Source: Gemmatimonadaceae bacterium (GTDB taxonomy: Bacteria > Gemmatimonadota > Gemmatimonadetes > Gemmatimonadales > Gemmatimonadaceae). Taken from it: a stretch of 64,000 nt of DNA. Each line of letters begins with the position of its first letter. Position 1 is the first letter of the stretch. The DNA is taken from NCBI GenBank assembly GCA_017881685.1, contig JADGQR010000060.1:1370-65369 (forward strand). The letters are read 5' to 3'. The notes beneath the pieces are model-generated. The model had not been told where the DNA came from. It saw only the letters and a list, made by a program, of their open reading frames with translations, and did no database searches. A program made the translations under genes and the position numbers. Shown here in pieces: positions 28,771 to 39,059 of this stretch.

Positions 28771-29982
28771 TCAGCCCAGAATCTTTTCGAGGATCGTCAT
28801 TCCGCGCTGAAGATCTGACCGCTCGATCACCAGCGGAGGCAGGAGCCGCAACGTGTGCTCGCCGGCAGTGATGACCAGAAGCCCGGCGTCCCACCCGCGG
28901 GCGACGACATCCGCAGCAGGCTCGACCACATCTATTCCCCACATGTAGCCAAGCCCGCGCACTGCACGGATCTTTCCGCTCCTCCGCGCGATGTCGGCAA
29001 GCTGTTCGCCAAGCCACACACCGTTCTCCCGAACCGTTGCAAGCAGCGCAGGATCGGCAAGACGATGGACGACGTGATCCGCGACTGCGGCAACCAGCGG
29101 TCCTCCACCAAACGTCGTTCCATGATCGCCTGGCTTGATCGTTTCCGCTATAGGCTTTGCGACGAGTATCGCCCCCATTGGCAGTCCGCCGGCAAGCGGC
29201 TTCGCCATCGTGACCATATCCGGTACGATGCCAAACCGCTCGTACGCGTGAAACGTCCCAAGCCGACCGAGGCCACACTGTATCTCGTCGAAGATCAGAG
29301 CAATCCCGCGTTCCTCTGTCACCTTGCGCAGATACTTCAGAAGCTCAGTCTCGATGACACGCACGCCTCCCTCGCCCTGCACCGGCTCGACGATTACTGC
29401 GGCAATTGATTCTCCGTCGAGCGCTACATCGAGCTCGACCTGATCGCGCTCACAGATCATGACACCGCCGGCAAGCGGACGAAACGGCGCCCGGTAGGAT
29501 GGTCTGTCGGTCGCCGCGAGCGATGCGAACAGCCGGCCGTGAAAGCCGCCGCGCAGCGCGACAATTCCTGTTTTCGCATCGGTTCCCACTGCTCTGCCCC
29601 AACGCCTCGCAAACTTGAATGCGCCTTCGTTTGCTTCCGCGCCGGAATTGCAAAAGAAAACGCTCGAGGCAAAAGACGTCTCGACGAGAAAATGAGCGAG
29701 TTTTTCGCCCGCTTCCGTTCGATAAAGATTTGAAACGTGAATGAGCCCAGTCGAGAGAACGTTCTCGATGGTTTCTCTTATACCGCTGTCACCATAGCCC
29801 AGCGCGTTGACGGCGATACCACTGGATAGATCCAGATAGCTCTTACCCGATTCATCGAACAGCTCGACGCCAGATCCCCGGACGAATCGCATCGGTGCAC
29901 GCTTGTAGGTCGGCAGAATGTCCGCAGCGGCGGCCGACCGTACGTTTGCTGAAGCGCTCGACTTCGTTGCTGTTCCGATCAT
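28771..29982 (-). CDS. argD: Acetylornithine aminotransferase
   Basis: NSGAEANE, FHGR, EPVQGEGG, FDEIQCGLGR, AKPLAGG, HGTTFGG. Confidence 0.95.
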   Translation of the reverse strand: MIGTATKSSASANVRSAAAADILPTYKRAPMRFVRGSGVELFDESGKSYLDLSSGIAVNALGYGDSGIRETIENVLSTGLIHVSNLYRTEAGEKLAHFLVETSFASSVFFCNSGAEANEGAFKFARRWGRAVGTDAKTGIVALRGGFHGRLFASLAATDRPSYRAPFRPLAGGVMICERDQVELDVALDGESIAAVIVEPVQGEGGVRVIETELLKYLRKVTEERGIALIFDEIQCGLGRLGTFHAYERFGIVPDMVTMAKPLAGGLPMGAILVAKPIAETIKPGDHGTTFGGGPLVAAVADHVVHRLADPALLATVRENGVWLGEQLADIARRSGKIRAVRGLGYMWGIDVVEPAADVVARGWDAGLLVITAGEHTLRLLPPLVIERSDLQRGMTILEKILG

Positions 29983-30740
29983 GAGATGCCCGTTGTTAAG
30001 AGAGTGCCGTGCTTTGAATCAGGGTTTGTAATTGCTTCCAGTCCGGCGATTCGCACTGCAGCGGCACCTTGTGCCAATGCAGAGAAGCCGGCCTCGAGTT
30101 TTGCGTGCATTCCTTTGTTGACAACACCGCTCGCGACGAGTGTCGCCGTTCTCGCGCTGTCCAGCGACTCGACCACCTTCCGTTCCGCATCGAGTACACC
30201 GGATACATCCGCGATCATCCACAGCTGTGCATGCATCACCGCAGCGATTGCGGCTGCAGCATCGTCACCGTTCACGTTGAGTGCGGCGCCAATGTTAGAC
30301 TCCATGTCGCGACCTACCGGCGATATCACCGGAAGAAATCCGGCCGAAAGAAGAGTGTCGATCAATTGCTTGCGGATTCTCACCGGTTTGCCGGCACGCC
30401 CGTACGCCTCGATGTCGATTGCCCTGGCCTCAATCATTCCGCCATCTTCACCTGAGACTCCGACAGCAGAGACCCCGTTCGCCACGAGCTCGGAGACGAG
30501 CCGCTTGTTCGAGCTGCCCGACAATACCATGCGCACGAGCTCGACATCTTCGTCTGACGTGATTCGACGACCATTCACGAATGAAGGCTCGCGACCCATC
30601 TGTCGCTGCAGTGCGGACACCTCATCGCCGCCACCATGCACGAGCGCAAATGATCCTGGAGCCGCTTTCCACCAGGACGCAAGCGCCGGCACGAGTTCCG
30701 GACTGGACTGAACGCGCCCGCCGAGCTTCACGACAATCAT
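29979..30740 (-). CDS. argB: Acetylglutamate kinase
   Basis: VVKLGG, VHGGG, NGRRIT, LNVNGD, GMHAKL. Confidence 0.93.
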   Translation of the reverse strand: MIVVKLGGRVQSSPELVPALASWWKAAPGSFALVHGGGDEVSALQRQMGREPSFVNGRRITSDEDVELVRMVLSGSSNKRLVSELVANGVSAVGVSGEDGGMIEARAIDIEAYGRAGKPVRIRKQLIDTLLSAGFLPVISPVGRDMESNIGAALNVNGDDAAAAIAAVMHAQLWMIADVSGVLDAERKVVESLDSARTATLVASGVVNKGMHAKLEAGFSALAQGAAAVRIAGLEAITNPDSKHGTLLTTGIS

Positions 30741-31699
30741 CAGGCCGGAAGACCCGCTGTTTCGTCGAGACCAAGCATCAGGTTCGCGTTCTGCAGAGCC
30801 TGGCCCGCCGCACCTTTGGTGAGATTATCGATGGCAGATGTAATGATCAGCGTTGGCTGACGCGCATTCTCTGCCTTCACAGCAGAAATCTTCACCGTGT
30901 TGCGCCGGACAACGTCTCTCAGCGATGGAGTCGTCGCACTTATCTCGATGAATGGCTCGTTCGAAAAAAGCTCGAGCCATGGAGCCAGAGGTGATTTCAA
31001 CTCGGCTTTCAATCGAACGACGATTGTTGCGAGAATCCCGCGAGCCACGGGCAAGAGGTGAGGCGTGAAGATCAGATCATTGTCACCACCCAGTTCACCG
31101 AGCATTGCCCGCATCTCGGCCCCATGCCTGTGGGCATTCCCTACACCGTAGGCGCGAAAATCCTCGCTGATTTCGGCAAAAAGAAGATCGGGGCGAGGTG
31201 TAAACCCCGCGCCGGTCACTCCGCTTGCAGCACTCACCGAGATCGTCGACTGCTCCTCGAGCAAACCGGAGCTCACGAGTGGCGCCAGCGCGAGAAGGAT
31301 TGCCGTTGGATAGCATCCGGGGTTTGCTACGAGGTCGGCGCCGACGACCTGATTTCGCCGCAGCTCCGTCAGGCCATAGGGCACATCCGATCTTCCGTTC
31401 CCAATGCGCAGATCAGACGACAGGTCAACTGCTTTTGCGCCAGCCGCTCTCGCTTTCTCTACCCATTCGAGCGATGCACCGTGAGGCAACGCGCTGAAAA
31501 CCAGCGCTGCATCCCCGAGCGGAGCTTCGTCAGCTCCGGTGAAAGTGACCTCACGCTTGCCTACGCGAAGCGTCTGGCCGCGCTGGCCATGTGCACTGGC
31601 AAACGCAAGCTCCAGCGAAGGATGTCCCTCGATGAGCGCGCAGAGCTCGCGGCCTGCGTATCCGCTGGCGCCTAGAACGCCGACCGGAAGTTTATGCAT
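30740..31699 (-). CDS. argC: N-acetyl-gamma-glutamyl-phosphate reductase
   Basis: GASGYAG, ALPHG, ANPGCYPT, SGVTGAG, IDNLTKGAAGQA. Confidence 0.96.
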   Translation of the reverse strand: MHKLPVGVLGASGYAGRELCALIEGHPSLELAFASAHGQRGQTLRVGKREVTFTGADEAPLGDAALVFSALPHGASLEWVEKARAAGAKAVDLSSDLRIGNGRSDVPYGLTELRRNQVVGADLVANPGCYPTAILLALAPLVSSGLLEEQSTISVSAASGVTGAGFTPRPDLLFAEISEDFRAYGVGNAHRHGAEMRAMLGELGGDNDLIFTPHLLPVARGILATIVVRLKAELKSPLAPWLELFSNEPFIEISATTPSLRDVVRRNTVKISAVKAENARQPTLIITSAIDNLTKGAAGQALQNANLMLGLDETAGLPA

Positions 31700-31734
31700 A
31701 AATAATGCATAACATTGCAGTCGGGCTCCGTCAA
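31692..31734 (-). promoter_or_regulatory. argC promoter with ARG-box-like palindrome over the start codon
   Basis: TTATGCAT-N5-ATGCATAA (31692-31712) overlapping ATG; TTGACG-17-TATGCA upstream. Confidence 0.6.
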
Positions 31735-31759
31735 TTGTGGTCTGGCCCCGTTTAGGGGC

Positions 31760-32221
31760 TTATTGAGGCTCTCCGGCGAGCACCTTCAGGCGCCGCACTA
31801 CCCTGTCCCTCGCGAGACCCGACCGGCAGACGATGAGGATAGTGTCGTCACCGCCAATGGTTCCAAGGATATCGGGCCAGCCTTCACCATCAAGAGCGGC
31901 GGCAATTGGCTGCGCACCACCCGGCACGGTTCGAAGCACGATCATCTCGCTGACACCGTCCACCCGAAGAAAAAGCTGAGGAAGCAAAGTCTCGAGCGTC
32001 GCCCTGCTCTCTTCGATCGTCCCATCCGTTACTGCGTAGCGGGCGCCTTCCGGCGTCGGCACGCGCGCGAGCCGGAGCTCTCTCAGATCCCGCGACAACG
32101 TCGCCTGCGTTACGTCCCATCCTCTATGCAGCAGAAGCTTCCTGAGATCTTCCTGGCTGCTCACCGCCTTGGTCTCGACTACTTCCAGAATCGCGGACTG
32201 ACGCTCTCTTTTATTCGCCAT
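31760..32221 (-). CDS. argR: Arginine repressor
   Basis: SQEDL, TQATLSRDLREL, GTIGGDDT. Confidence 0.97.
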   Translation of the reverse strand: MANKRERQSAILEVVETKAVSSQEDLRKLLLHRGWDVTQATLSRDLRELRLARVPTPEGARYAVTDGTIEESRATLETLLPQLFLRVDGVSEMIVLRTVPGGAQPIAAALDGEGWPDILGTIGGDDTILIVCRSGLARDRVVRRLKVLAGEPQ

Positions 32222-32306
32222 GCTTTTCCTCCGTGCGACACATTACCACGCCGGAAGAACGTCGGCGAGGGGGGAGACCCCTTGAATCATTGACGCTCGG
32301 GGTCGT

Positions 32307-32345
32307 AGTGATTAAATATACGGTAGAAATGAATAGTTATTTAGG
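32307..32345 (+). promoter_or_regulatory. Tandem ARG boxes upstream of argG
   Basis: AGTGATTAAATATACGGT-AGA-AATGAATAGTTATTTAGG: two 18-mers 3 bp apart; TTGACG at 32290. Confidence 0.8.
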
Positions 32346-32351
32346 AGACAT

Positions 32352-33623
32352 ATGACCCGCACAATTGCGCTCGCCTATTCTGGCGGACTTGATACGTCGA
32401 TCATCGTTCCCTGGCTCAAGGAACACTACGGTGGCGCCCGCATCATTTGCGTCGCTGGAGACATTGGACAGGGAGATGAGCTCGAAGGCGTTCGCGCCAA
32501 GGCACTCGCCTCGGGCGCCGACGAATGCTACATCGAAGACCTTCGCCAGGAATTCGTTCAGGATTTCATCTGGCCCACACTCCGGGCCGGCGCGATCTAC
32601 GGACGCAAGTATCTCCTCGGCACGTCGATGGGCCGTCCGCTGATCGCACGACGTCAGGTTGAGGTCGCCAGGCGCGTTGGCGCCGACGCGCTCGCACATG
32701 GATGCACGGGAAAGGGAAACGACCAGGTTCGCTTCGAGCTGACATACGCAGCCTTCGCCCCTGACCTTCCGGTCATCGCTCCATGGCGCGAGTGGGACAT
32801 CCGCAGCAGAGAGGATGCTCTCGATTACGCGGCCAAGCACAACGTCCCGGTTACCGCTTCACGCGAGAAGATCTATTCGCGCGATCGCAATATCTGGCAC
32901 ATCTCGCACGAGGGCGGAGTTCTCGAGGATCCGTCGCAGCCGCCTCCGGCCGATCTTTTCATGCTCACCACGTCTCCACAAGACGCTCCAAATGAACCCG
33001 AAGAGGTAACGATCGGCTTCAGTCAAGGCACGCCTGTCGCAGTCAACGGAATCTTTCTCGATCCTGTAGCGATTCTCACGACACTCAATACGATCGCCGG
33101 GCGTCACGGCGTCGGACGAATCGACCTCGTCGAGGACAGGCTTGTTGGAATGAAATCACGCGGCGTCTATGAGACTCCGGGTGGAACACTGCTCTACACT
33201 GCGCACAGTGAGCTCGAGCAGCTCATTCTCGACAGACGCACGCTTGCCGCGAAGGATCTCATCGCTCCTCGCTACGCAGACCTCGTTTACGAGGGACGCT
33301 GGTGGACAACCGAGCGCGAGGCTTACGATGCATTCGTTAACGTCACGCAGGAGCGCGTCACCGGCGGCGTAACTCTCAAGCTGTACAAGGGGAACGTGAC
33401 GATAGTGAGCCGGGCAAGCGAGTATGCGCTGTACGACGAGCGCTTCGTAACGTTCGGCGAGGATGACGTCTATCAGCAGAGCGATGCTGCCGGATTCATC
33501 CGCCTCTATTCCCTTCCCGATCGCGTTCGTGCCATTCGCGATCGCGAGCTTGCTGCCAAGGCTGTAGCACCGGTTGCTTCGTCTGACGAAGCGCCTGTAC
33601 TCGCAGCCTCCTGGCAGGACTAG
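32352..33623 (+). CDS. argG: Argininosuccinate synthase
   Basis: [32 protein letters not shown]. Confidence 0.98.
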   Translation: MTRTIALAYSGGLDTSIIVPWLKEHYGGARIICVAGDIGQGDELEGVRAKALASGADECYIEDLRQEFVQDFIWPTLRAGAIYGRKYLLGTSMGRPLIARRQVEVARRVGADALAHGCTGKGNDQVRFELTYAAFAPDLPVIAPWREWDIRSREDALDYAAKHNVPVTASREKIYSRDRNIWHISHEGGVLEDPSQPPPADLFMLTTSPQDAPNEPEEVTIGFSQGTPVAVNGIFLDPVAILTTLNTIAGRHGVGRIDLVEDRLVGMKSRGVYETPGGTLLYTAHSELEQLILDRRTLAAKDLIAPRYADLVYEGRWWTTEREAYDAFVNVTQERVTGGVTLKLYKGNVTIVSRASEYALYDERFVTFGEDDVYQQSDAAGFIRLYSLPDRVRAIRDRELAAKAVAPVASSDEAPVLAASWQD

Positions 33624-33628
33624 GCTCG

Positions 33629-35056
33629 GTGTCTGGCGAGCAACGCTCGCATAAGCTGTGGGGCGGAAGATTTTCCGTCCCCACCGCAGCCGCATTGGAA
33701 GCGCTGAATCGGTCGATAGGTATCGACTATCGCCTCTGGCCGCATGATGTTCGCCTTTCTAAGGCGTGGGCAATGGCGCTCTGGGGTGCCGGCGTCCTCA
33801 CTCTCGAAGAGAGCACGGCGATAGAGACTGGGCTGACTCGTGTCGGCGACCGTCTCGAAGAAGGAGCACAGCCAGAGCCATCCGATGAAGACGTGCACAC
33901 GATGATCGATCGCATGCTGCACGAAGAAATCGGTGATGTTGCATCGAAGCTTCACACGGGCCGGAGTCGCAACGACCAGGTTGCCACCGCAACGCGTCTC
34001 TGGACCATGGAAGCCGCAGGCGAGCTCGACAAGCGAGTGCGCTCACTGCAACAGGTCATGATTGAGCAGGCTCGAAAGCTCGAGCACGATCTGATGCCGG
34101 CATACACGCACTTGCAGCGAGCTCAACCAGTGTCAGGCGCACACTGGATGCTGTCGCACTTCTGGCCACTCGAGCGAGATCGTGCGCGTATCGCGACTGT
34201 CGCACGCAATACTGCCGTGCTTCCTCTTGGATCAGGCGCAATCGCTGGTTCTGCATATCCGATCTCGCGCGTGCTCCTCCAGGGAAGCCTGGGCTTCACT
34301 TCCCTTTCGCCAAACAGCATCGACGCTGTCGGCGATCGCGACTTTGTCGCAGAAATGCTCTTCTGCGTCGCAATGCTCGGTGTCCATCTTTCGAGACTTT
34401 CTGAAGACTTGATCCTCTACGGATCGAGTGAGTTCGGCTTCGTGAAGTTTGGCGAGGCATTCACGACGGGCTCGAGCATGATGCCGCAAAAGCGCAACCC
34501 TGACGCACTCGAGCTTGCACGCGGATCAGGCGCACGCACGCTCGGCGATCTCACATCGTTGCTTGCGACACTGAAGGGTTTGCCGAGTGGATACAACAAG
34601 GACCTTCAGGACGACAAGCGCGCGTTGTTCGGCGCCGTCGACCTGATGATGCTTGTCTTGCCCGCCGTAGCCGGAACCCTCGGCGAAATCACTTTCGACA
34701 GACAGCGCATGTCAGCTGCTCTTTCGAGCACGATGATGGCGACGGATCTCGCGGACTACCTGGTCGGAAAGGGCTCGACCTTCAGGGAGGCCCATGAGGC
34801 TGTCGGCGCGATCATTCGCGAAGGCGAGAAGAGAGGTTGCGAGCTGACCGAGCTGCCACTCGAGGTTTTCAGCTCAGCCCATCCGTTATTCGGCAGCGAC
34901 ACCATGGAGTGGCTGGATCCGGCGCAGTCGGTAGCCCGAAGAGGCGTTCCTGGTGGAACCGGTCCCGAGGCCATAAAGGCTCAGCTCGAGGCAGCGGCCA
35001 TGGCGATTCAGCCTTCACGCGATATACCGCGCGGAAACCAGCTTTCGATTGCGTAG
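33629..35056 (+). CDS. argH: Argininosuccinate lyase
   Basis: LWGGRF, HTGRSRNDQ, YTHLQRAQP, GSSMMPQKRNPD. Confidence 0.98.
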   Translation: MSGEQRSHKLWGGRFSVPTAAALEALNRSIGIDYRLWPHDVRLSKAWAMALWGAGVLTLEESTAIETGLTRVGDRLEEGAQPEPSDEDVHTMIDRMLHEEIGDVASKLHTGRSRNDQVATATRLWTMEAAGELDKRVRSLQQVMIEQARKLEHDLMPAYTHLQRAQPVSGAHWMLSHFWPLERDRARIATVARNTAVLPLGSGAIAGSAYPISRVLLQGSLGFTSLSPNSIDAVGDRDFVAEMLFCVAMLGVHLSRLSEDLILYGSSEFGFVKFGEAFTTGSSMMPQKRNPDALELARGSGARTLGDLTSLLATLKGLPSGYNKDLQDDKRALFGAVDLMMLVLPAVAGTLGEITFDRQRMSAALSSTMMATDLADYLVGKGSTFREAHEAVGAIIREGEKRGCELTELPLEVFSSAHPLFGSDTMEWLDPAQSVARRGVPGGTGPEAIKAQLEAAAMAIQPSRDIPRGNQLSIA

Positions 35057-35086
35057 TTGTAGGTTATTATCTAACTAATGTTCGAG

Positions 35087-35120
35087 AAAAAAGGCGCCGG
35101 GTTTGTCCCGGCGCCTTTTT
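35087..35120. terminator. Bidirectional terminator between argH and OMP gene
   Basis: AAAAAAGGCGCCGGG-loop-CCCGGCGCCTTTTT. Confidence 0.88.
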
Positions 35121-35145
35121 GTTGTTCTTCTCCTGCAGTCCGGAA

Positions 35146-35679
35146 CTAGAAGCTGATTCCGAATGTCACGGGGATGAACTGTGTCGCGACATTGTCGGAG
35201 AAGACGTGGTGAAGTCTCGCTTCGACGAACGTATTGAAGCCGCTCAATGGGAATGATGCTCCGATTCCGCCGTTGAGACCGAGCTTTGTTGTTGTCGAAG
35301 CGCCTGGGAAGTCGCTCTTGAGTCCGTAGATTCCGGCGCCACCAATCAGATACGGGCGAATTCCGGTTCCCGGGAGCGCGTAGACGAGGTTTGCGTTGGC
35401 TGAACTGATCTTCACGTCTGGAAGATTGACGCCACTCTGTGGGCTCATGCTGTTGTACATGCCGTCGACACGGAAGCCGAGCGGGCTGCCGTAGGAGTTG
35501 AAGCCAAGGGAGACGGTTGCGTTCCAGCCGGTGCTGTAGTCATTGCCAAGGTCGCTGACCGGAATTGCTGCGCCAGCAGAGATTCCGAGGCTCACGGGTT
35601 TGGTCGATTGGGCTGAGCTTGTGGAGACAGCAGCTGCGATCGCTGCGAAGGTGGCGAGGGCTAATGCAATGCGTTTCAT
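35146..35679 (-). CDS. Outer-membrane beta-barrel protein (OmpA/OmpW-like)
   Basis: Signal peptide MKRIALALA...SSA; PYLIGGAG; C-terminal TFGISF; AGGAG SD. Confidence 0.88.
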   Translation of the reverse strand: MKRIALALATFAAIAAAVSTSSAQSTKPVSLGISAGAAIPVSDLGNDYSTGWNATVSLGFNSYGSPLGFRVDGMYNSMSPQSGVNLPDVKISSANANLVYALPGTGIRPYLIGGAGIYGLKSDFPGASTTTKLGLNGGIGASFPLSGFNTFVEARLHHVFSDNVATQFIPVTFGISF

Positions 35680-35797
35680 GATTGTTGCTCCTGCGAGAAG
35701 TACTATGGTGATCGAGCTTGATTCTGCTCGTGCCCGACTATAGATACCGCGCAGTACGGCAAAGGTTGCACCTTCAAGCATCAAATCATGATGGCAT

Positions 35798-35825
35798 TAA
35801 TTATCCTTTTTTATTAGGATAATTA
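35798..35825. promoter_or_regulatory. AT-rich inverted repeat, putative operator
   Basis: TAATTATCCT-N8-AGGATAATTA ending 2 nt before ATG 35828. Confidence 0.6.
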
Positions 35826-35827
35826 CT

Positions 35828-36238
35828 ATGAGAGCGTATACCATTGCCACTGTTGCCGTTACGCTCGGAGTTCCAACCAAGTGGCTCGACAACGCTTTGT
35901 CTCGCTTCGCCGTGCGCGGCGTTATCCAGGCACGACAAGGAGTCAGTCGGCGCCTCGGACCTCAGGCCGTAATCATTCTTCATATCGCAAGCGAGCTCAA
36001 TCGGGTCCTCGGAGTCTCGGTCGGCGACGCACTTAGCCTGGCTGACAAGCTGACGACGATGGGAGGAATCGCGACAATCACATTGTTTTCGACTGCTTCG
36101 ATCACGGTAGATGTCGAGGCTACCGAACGGGAGGTCGCCGAGCGTTTGGCTCAAGCCATCGAGATGACTCCGGTTCCAAGGCGGGGAAGACCGCCATCAG
36201 GGGAGCGGCCATCTTCAAGACGACAACCTCCCAAATAA
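35828..36238 (+). CDS. HTH-like protein with C-terminal AT-hook-like motif
   Basis: YTIATVAVTLGVPTKWLDN (MerR/excisionase-like HTH); PRRGRPP. Confidence 0.75.
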   Translation: MRAYTIATVAVTLGVPTKWLDNALSRFAVRGVIQARQGVSRRLGPQAVIILHIASELNRVLGVSVGDALSLADKLTTMGGIATITLFSTASITVDVEATEREVAERLAQAIEMTPVPRRGRPPSGERPSSRRQPPK

Positions 36239-36267
36239 AAGTGGGGCGCCTCTCGGCGCCCCACTTT
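36238..36267. terminator. Bidirectional terminator
   Basis: AAAGTGGGGCGCC-TCTC-GGCGCCCCACTTT between convergent genes. Confidence 0.85.
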
Positions 36268-36291
36268 CTCATCACTGGCGCAACCCGCGCC

Positions 36292-36501
36292 CTAGCTGCT
36301 CTTCGTGACGTTTTCCGCGGCCGGACCCTTCTGGCCTTCGACAATGTCGAATTCGACGGTGTCACCTTCGGCGAGAGACTTGAATCCGTTTCCGGAGATC
36401 GCGCTATAGTGCACGAAGCAGTCCTTCTGGCCATTGTCAGGGGTGATGAAGCCAAAACCCTTTGCATCGTTGAACCACTTTACCTTGCCGGTCGTACGCA
36501 T
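36292..36501 (-). CDS. cspA: Cold-shock protein (second paralogue)
   Basis: [23 protein letters not shown]. Confidence 0.97.
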   Translation of the reverse strand: MRTTGKVKWFNDAKGFGFITPDNGQKDCFVHYSAISGNGFKSLAEGDTVEFDIVEGQKGPAAENVTKSS

Positions 36502-36645
36502 TCCTGCTCCTGGTAGAGAATCTCGGCTGCGGAAAATCTCCGATTCCGAGACAACGGGGTGGCGCGCCCACTGGTGGACTTTCGCCTAGTGAAAAGCTCT
36601 CGAGGATCCCTGACGGGGCTCCCAAGGCCGGGTTACTTGCGCGCT

Positions 36646-36674
36646 AGTATACAACCATCAGGAAATGCGGACAA
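36646..36674 (-). promoter_or_regulatory. Sigma70 promoter of second csp, implying a 5' UTR of about 140 nt
   Basis: TTGTCC-17 nt-TATACT. Confidence 0.65.
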
Positions 36675-36685
36675 TAGAAAATTGT

Positions 36686-37093
36686 TCAAGGCTCAACGAG
36701 ACGCACATTTGTGATATAGTACTCGGTTTCTCCGAAGCACGTCGTCGGCACTCCCTTGTGCTGCGCGTACGAGATTGACATCCGCTTTCCAAGATTGCGC
36801 TCGAGAACGTGAGCGATGGAATCATTGCGAACGCTGAACTTGAAAATCTCAGGCATCGCACCAGGCAGATTAGCCATCGCCAGCTCACCTTCCCACGTCT
36901 TGCACAGCCAACCTTTCTGCGAAAGCTTCTGCGCGTAACCTGCGCGCTCGCCAGTCGAGTATGGATAGCTCAAAGTTGCCCACGCCCAGAGCGAGAACAC
37001 TGCGATTGGAACTATGATCACGAGAAGCAGGGTAATTAGTCGCCAGTGCCTCCGTCTCCACGAAGGCGCGCTCGGCGCCGGTGTGTCCGCCAT
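36686..37093 (-). CDS. Hypothetical single-TM membrane protein
   Basis: TM helix then YSTGERAG..QKLSQKGWLCKTWEGEL. Confidence 0.8.
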   Translation of the reverse strand: MADTPAPSAPSWRRRHWRLITLLLVIIVPIAVFSLWAWATLSYPYSTGERAGYAQKLSQKGWLCKTWEGELAMANLPGAMPEIFKFSVRNDSIAHVLERNLGKRMSISYAQHKGVPTTCFGETEYYITNVRLVEP

Positions 37094-37200
37094 TTCTAAG
37101 CTCCGTATTGTTTTTTTATCGAAGAAGAGCAGGGAAGTCTAGAGCAACTGCGTGCTGCGGACTACAGGATTAGCTTTATCAAGTGCCTCTAAGATAACCA

Positions 37201-38436
37201 GTGACTTTTACACCTCGAAGAAACACAGTCACCGCGCTCGTTGGCGGCGTTCCAATTGGATCGTCTCAGCCGGTCGTCGTTCAATCGATGACCAACACAG
37301 ACACCGCCGATGCCGCATCGACTGCGACTCAGGTTGCTGCGTTGGCCAACGCGGGCTCCCAGCTTGTCCGGATTACTGTCAACAACGAGGACGCAGCCGC
37401 TGCAGTACCGGAGATTGCTCGACGCGTCCTGGACCTCGGCGTGACCGTCCCGCTGATTGGCGACTTTCACTACAACGGACACCTGCTTCTCGCCGCGTTT
37501 CCGAAATGTGCCCGAACTCTTGCAAAGTATCGCATCAATCCCGGTAACGTCGGCAGCAAGCGCCGGGATGAAAACTTCAGCATTATCGCCCGGATCGCCG
37601 CGGAGAATGCGAAGCCTGTTCGCATTGGCGTGAACTGGGGATCACTGGACCAGGATCTTCTCACGCAGATGATGGATGCAAACTCTCGCCTTTCGGAGCC
37701 CCGGGAAGCGAGGGATGTCTATATGGAAGCGATGCTCGAGAGCGCACTGAGATCGGCTTCGCTCGCCGAAGAATGCGGAGTACCACACAACGCGATCATC
37801 ATTTCCGCAAAGGTGTCGGGAGTCCCTGATCTCGTCGAGGTTTATCGCCGGCTGGCATCACGTTGCAATTATCCGCTGCACCTCGGACTCACCGAAGCGG
37901 GCATGGGAAGCAAAGGCATCGTTTCCAGCGCTGCGGCTCTGGCAATTCTGCTTGCCGAAGGAATTGGCGACACGATTCGCGTCTCCCTGACGCCCAAGCC
38001 GAACGGCGATCGCACGGAAGAAGTTCAAATCGCTCAGCAAATTCTTCAGTCACTTGAGCTGCGTCGTTTCAACCCTCAGGTCACAGCTTGTCCCGGGTGC
38101 GGTAGAACTACTTCGACGTTTTTCCAGCACATGGCAGAAGACATCCAGACTTATCTGCGAGAACAGATGCCCGTGTGGCGCGAGAAGTATCCCGGCGTGA
38201 CGGATCTCAAGGTAGCCGTGATGGGCTGCGTAGTGAACGGACCGGGAGAATCGAAACATGCCAACATCGGCATCTCATTGCCGGGCACATTCGAAGAGCC
38301 GAAAGCGCCGGTTTATGTGGACGGCAAGCTCAAGCTGACATTGAAGGGCGACAGTATCGTCCCGGAGTTTCTCCAGCTTCTCGAGGAGTACGTCGAGCAG
38401 AACTATTCGCTTGATAAGCGGCCGGCTCTGGCCTAG
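37201..38436 (+). CDS. ispG: HMBPP synthase (flavodoxin-dependent)
   Basis: [48 protein letters not shown]. Confidence 0.98.
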   Translation: MTFTPRRNTVTALVGGVPIGSSQPVVVQSMTNTDTADAASTATQVAALANAGSQLVRITVNNEDAAAAVPEIARRVLDLGVTVPLIGDFHYNGHLLLAAFPKCARTLAKYRINPGNVGSKRRDENFSIIARIAAENAKPVRIGVNWGSLDQDLLTQMMDANSRLSEPREARDVYMEAMLESALRSASLAEECGVPHNAIIISAKVSGVPDLVEVYRRLASRCNYPLHLGLTEAGMGSKGIVSSAAALAILLAEGIGDTIRVSLTPKPNGDRTEEVQIAQQILQSLELRRFNPQVTACPGCGRTTSTFFQHMAEDIQTYLREQMPVWREKYPGVTDLKVAVMGCVVNGPGESKHANIGISLPGTFEEPKAPVYVDGKLKLTLKGDSIVPEFLQLLEEYVEQNYSLDKRPALA

Positions 38437-39059
38437 CTCTCTTTCTCCAGACCTGATACAGCTTCCTCGAGCTCGTCCAGTATTGGCTCGTTGAATCCGA
38501 CTTCACGAAGTCGCGCGAGTACGTCGCGGTACCACTTGAGCGTACCTGATTTGCCGACGTTAAAACGTGACCACACCGAGTCGGGATCGCCCGTTCTCCG
38601 AAGATCCGATAGAATGCTGTTGGCGTTGTGCACCTTGTCCGCAGCACAAACCCAGCGAGCCGCATCGTTCGCGTCAGCAAGCCGTTCCAGATAATCGATC
38701 TTACGCTCCTCGGACGACAATTCCACTCCGTCGTCATCGACGCGACGATTTGTCACAGCCAGAACCGTCTTGAGCACTCCGTCTCCGAATTTTTCCCCGA
38801 TTCGCTGCTCAAGCATCTCGCGCGTGTAGCCGTCGCGAACACAGTCCTCAACGACATCGTGAAGAATTCCTGCAACGACAGTCTCATCGTCCTGGCCGTA
38901 TCTGCTCAAAATCACCGCGATATTCGCGGGATGTGTGAGGTAGGGGAGCTTCGTCCCTTTTCTTACTTGCCGGTCATGATGCTTCGCTGCAAATGCGAAA
39001 GCATGATTTATTGAATCTGAATATCCATGCACGAGCTTCAGGCTGCCCTCCTGAACCAT
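38433..39059 (-). CDS. HD domain protein, Mesh1/small alarmone hydrolase-like
   Basis: H..QVRKG...PYLTHP, LHDVVED, ADKVHN; alternative GTG start 39032. Confidence 0.88.
   Translation of the reverse strand: MVQEGSLKLVHGYSDSINHAFAFAAKHHDRQVRKGTKLPYLTHPANIAVILSRYGQDDETVVAGILHDVVEDCVRDGYTREMLEQRIGEKFGDGVLKTVLAVTNRRVDDDGVELSSEERKIDYLERLADANDAARWVCAADKVHNANSILSDLRRTGDPDSVWSRFNVGKSGTLKWYRDVLARLREVGFNEPILDELEEAVSGLEKES

Noticed and set aside
28727-29278. N-terminal extension of the Smr-like ORF to 388 aa
   Set aside because: Alternate-frame overlap with argD with non-protein-like composition
29979-31699. LysW-dependent (lysZ/lysY) pathway, given short ArgB and no argA/J, argE or argF in the cluster
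   Set aside because: No lysW or lysX here; argR/argG/argH context fits ordinary arginine synthesis with other genes elsewhere
35050-35085. dif-like site in AT-rich patch after argH (also considered for the 28-bp repeat at 35798)
   Set aside because: Lacks the ATAA-N6-TTAT core; poor match to XerC/D arms
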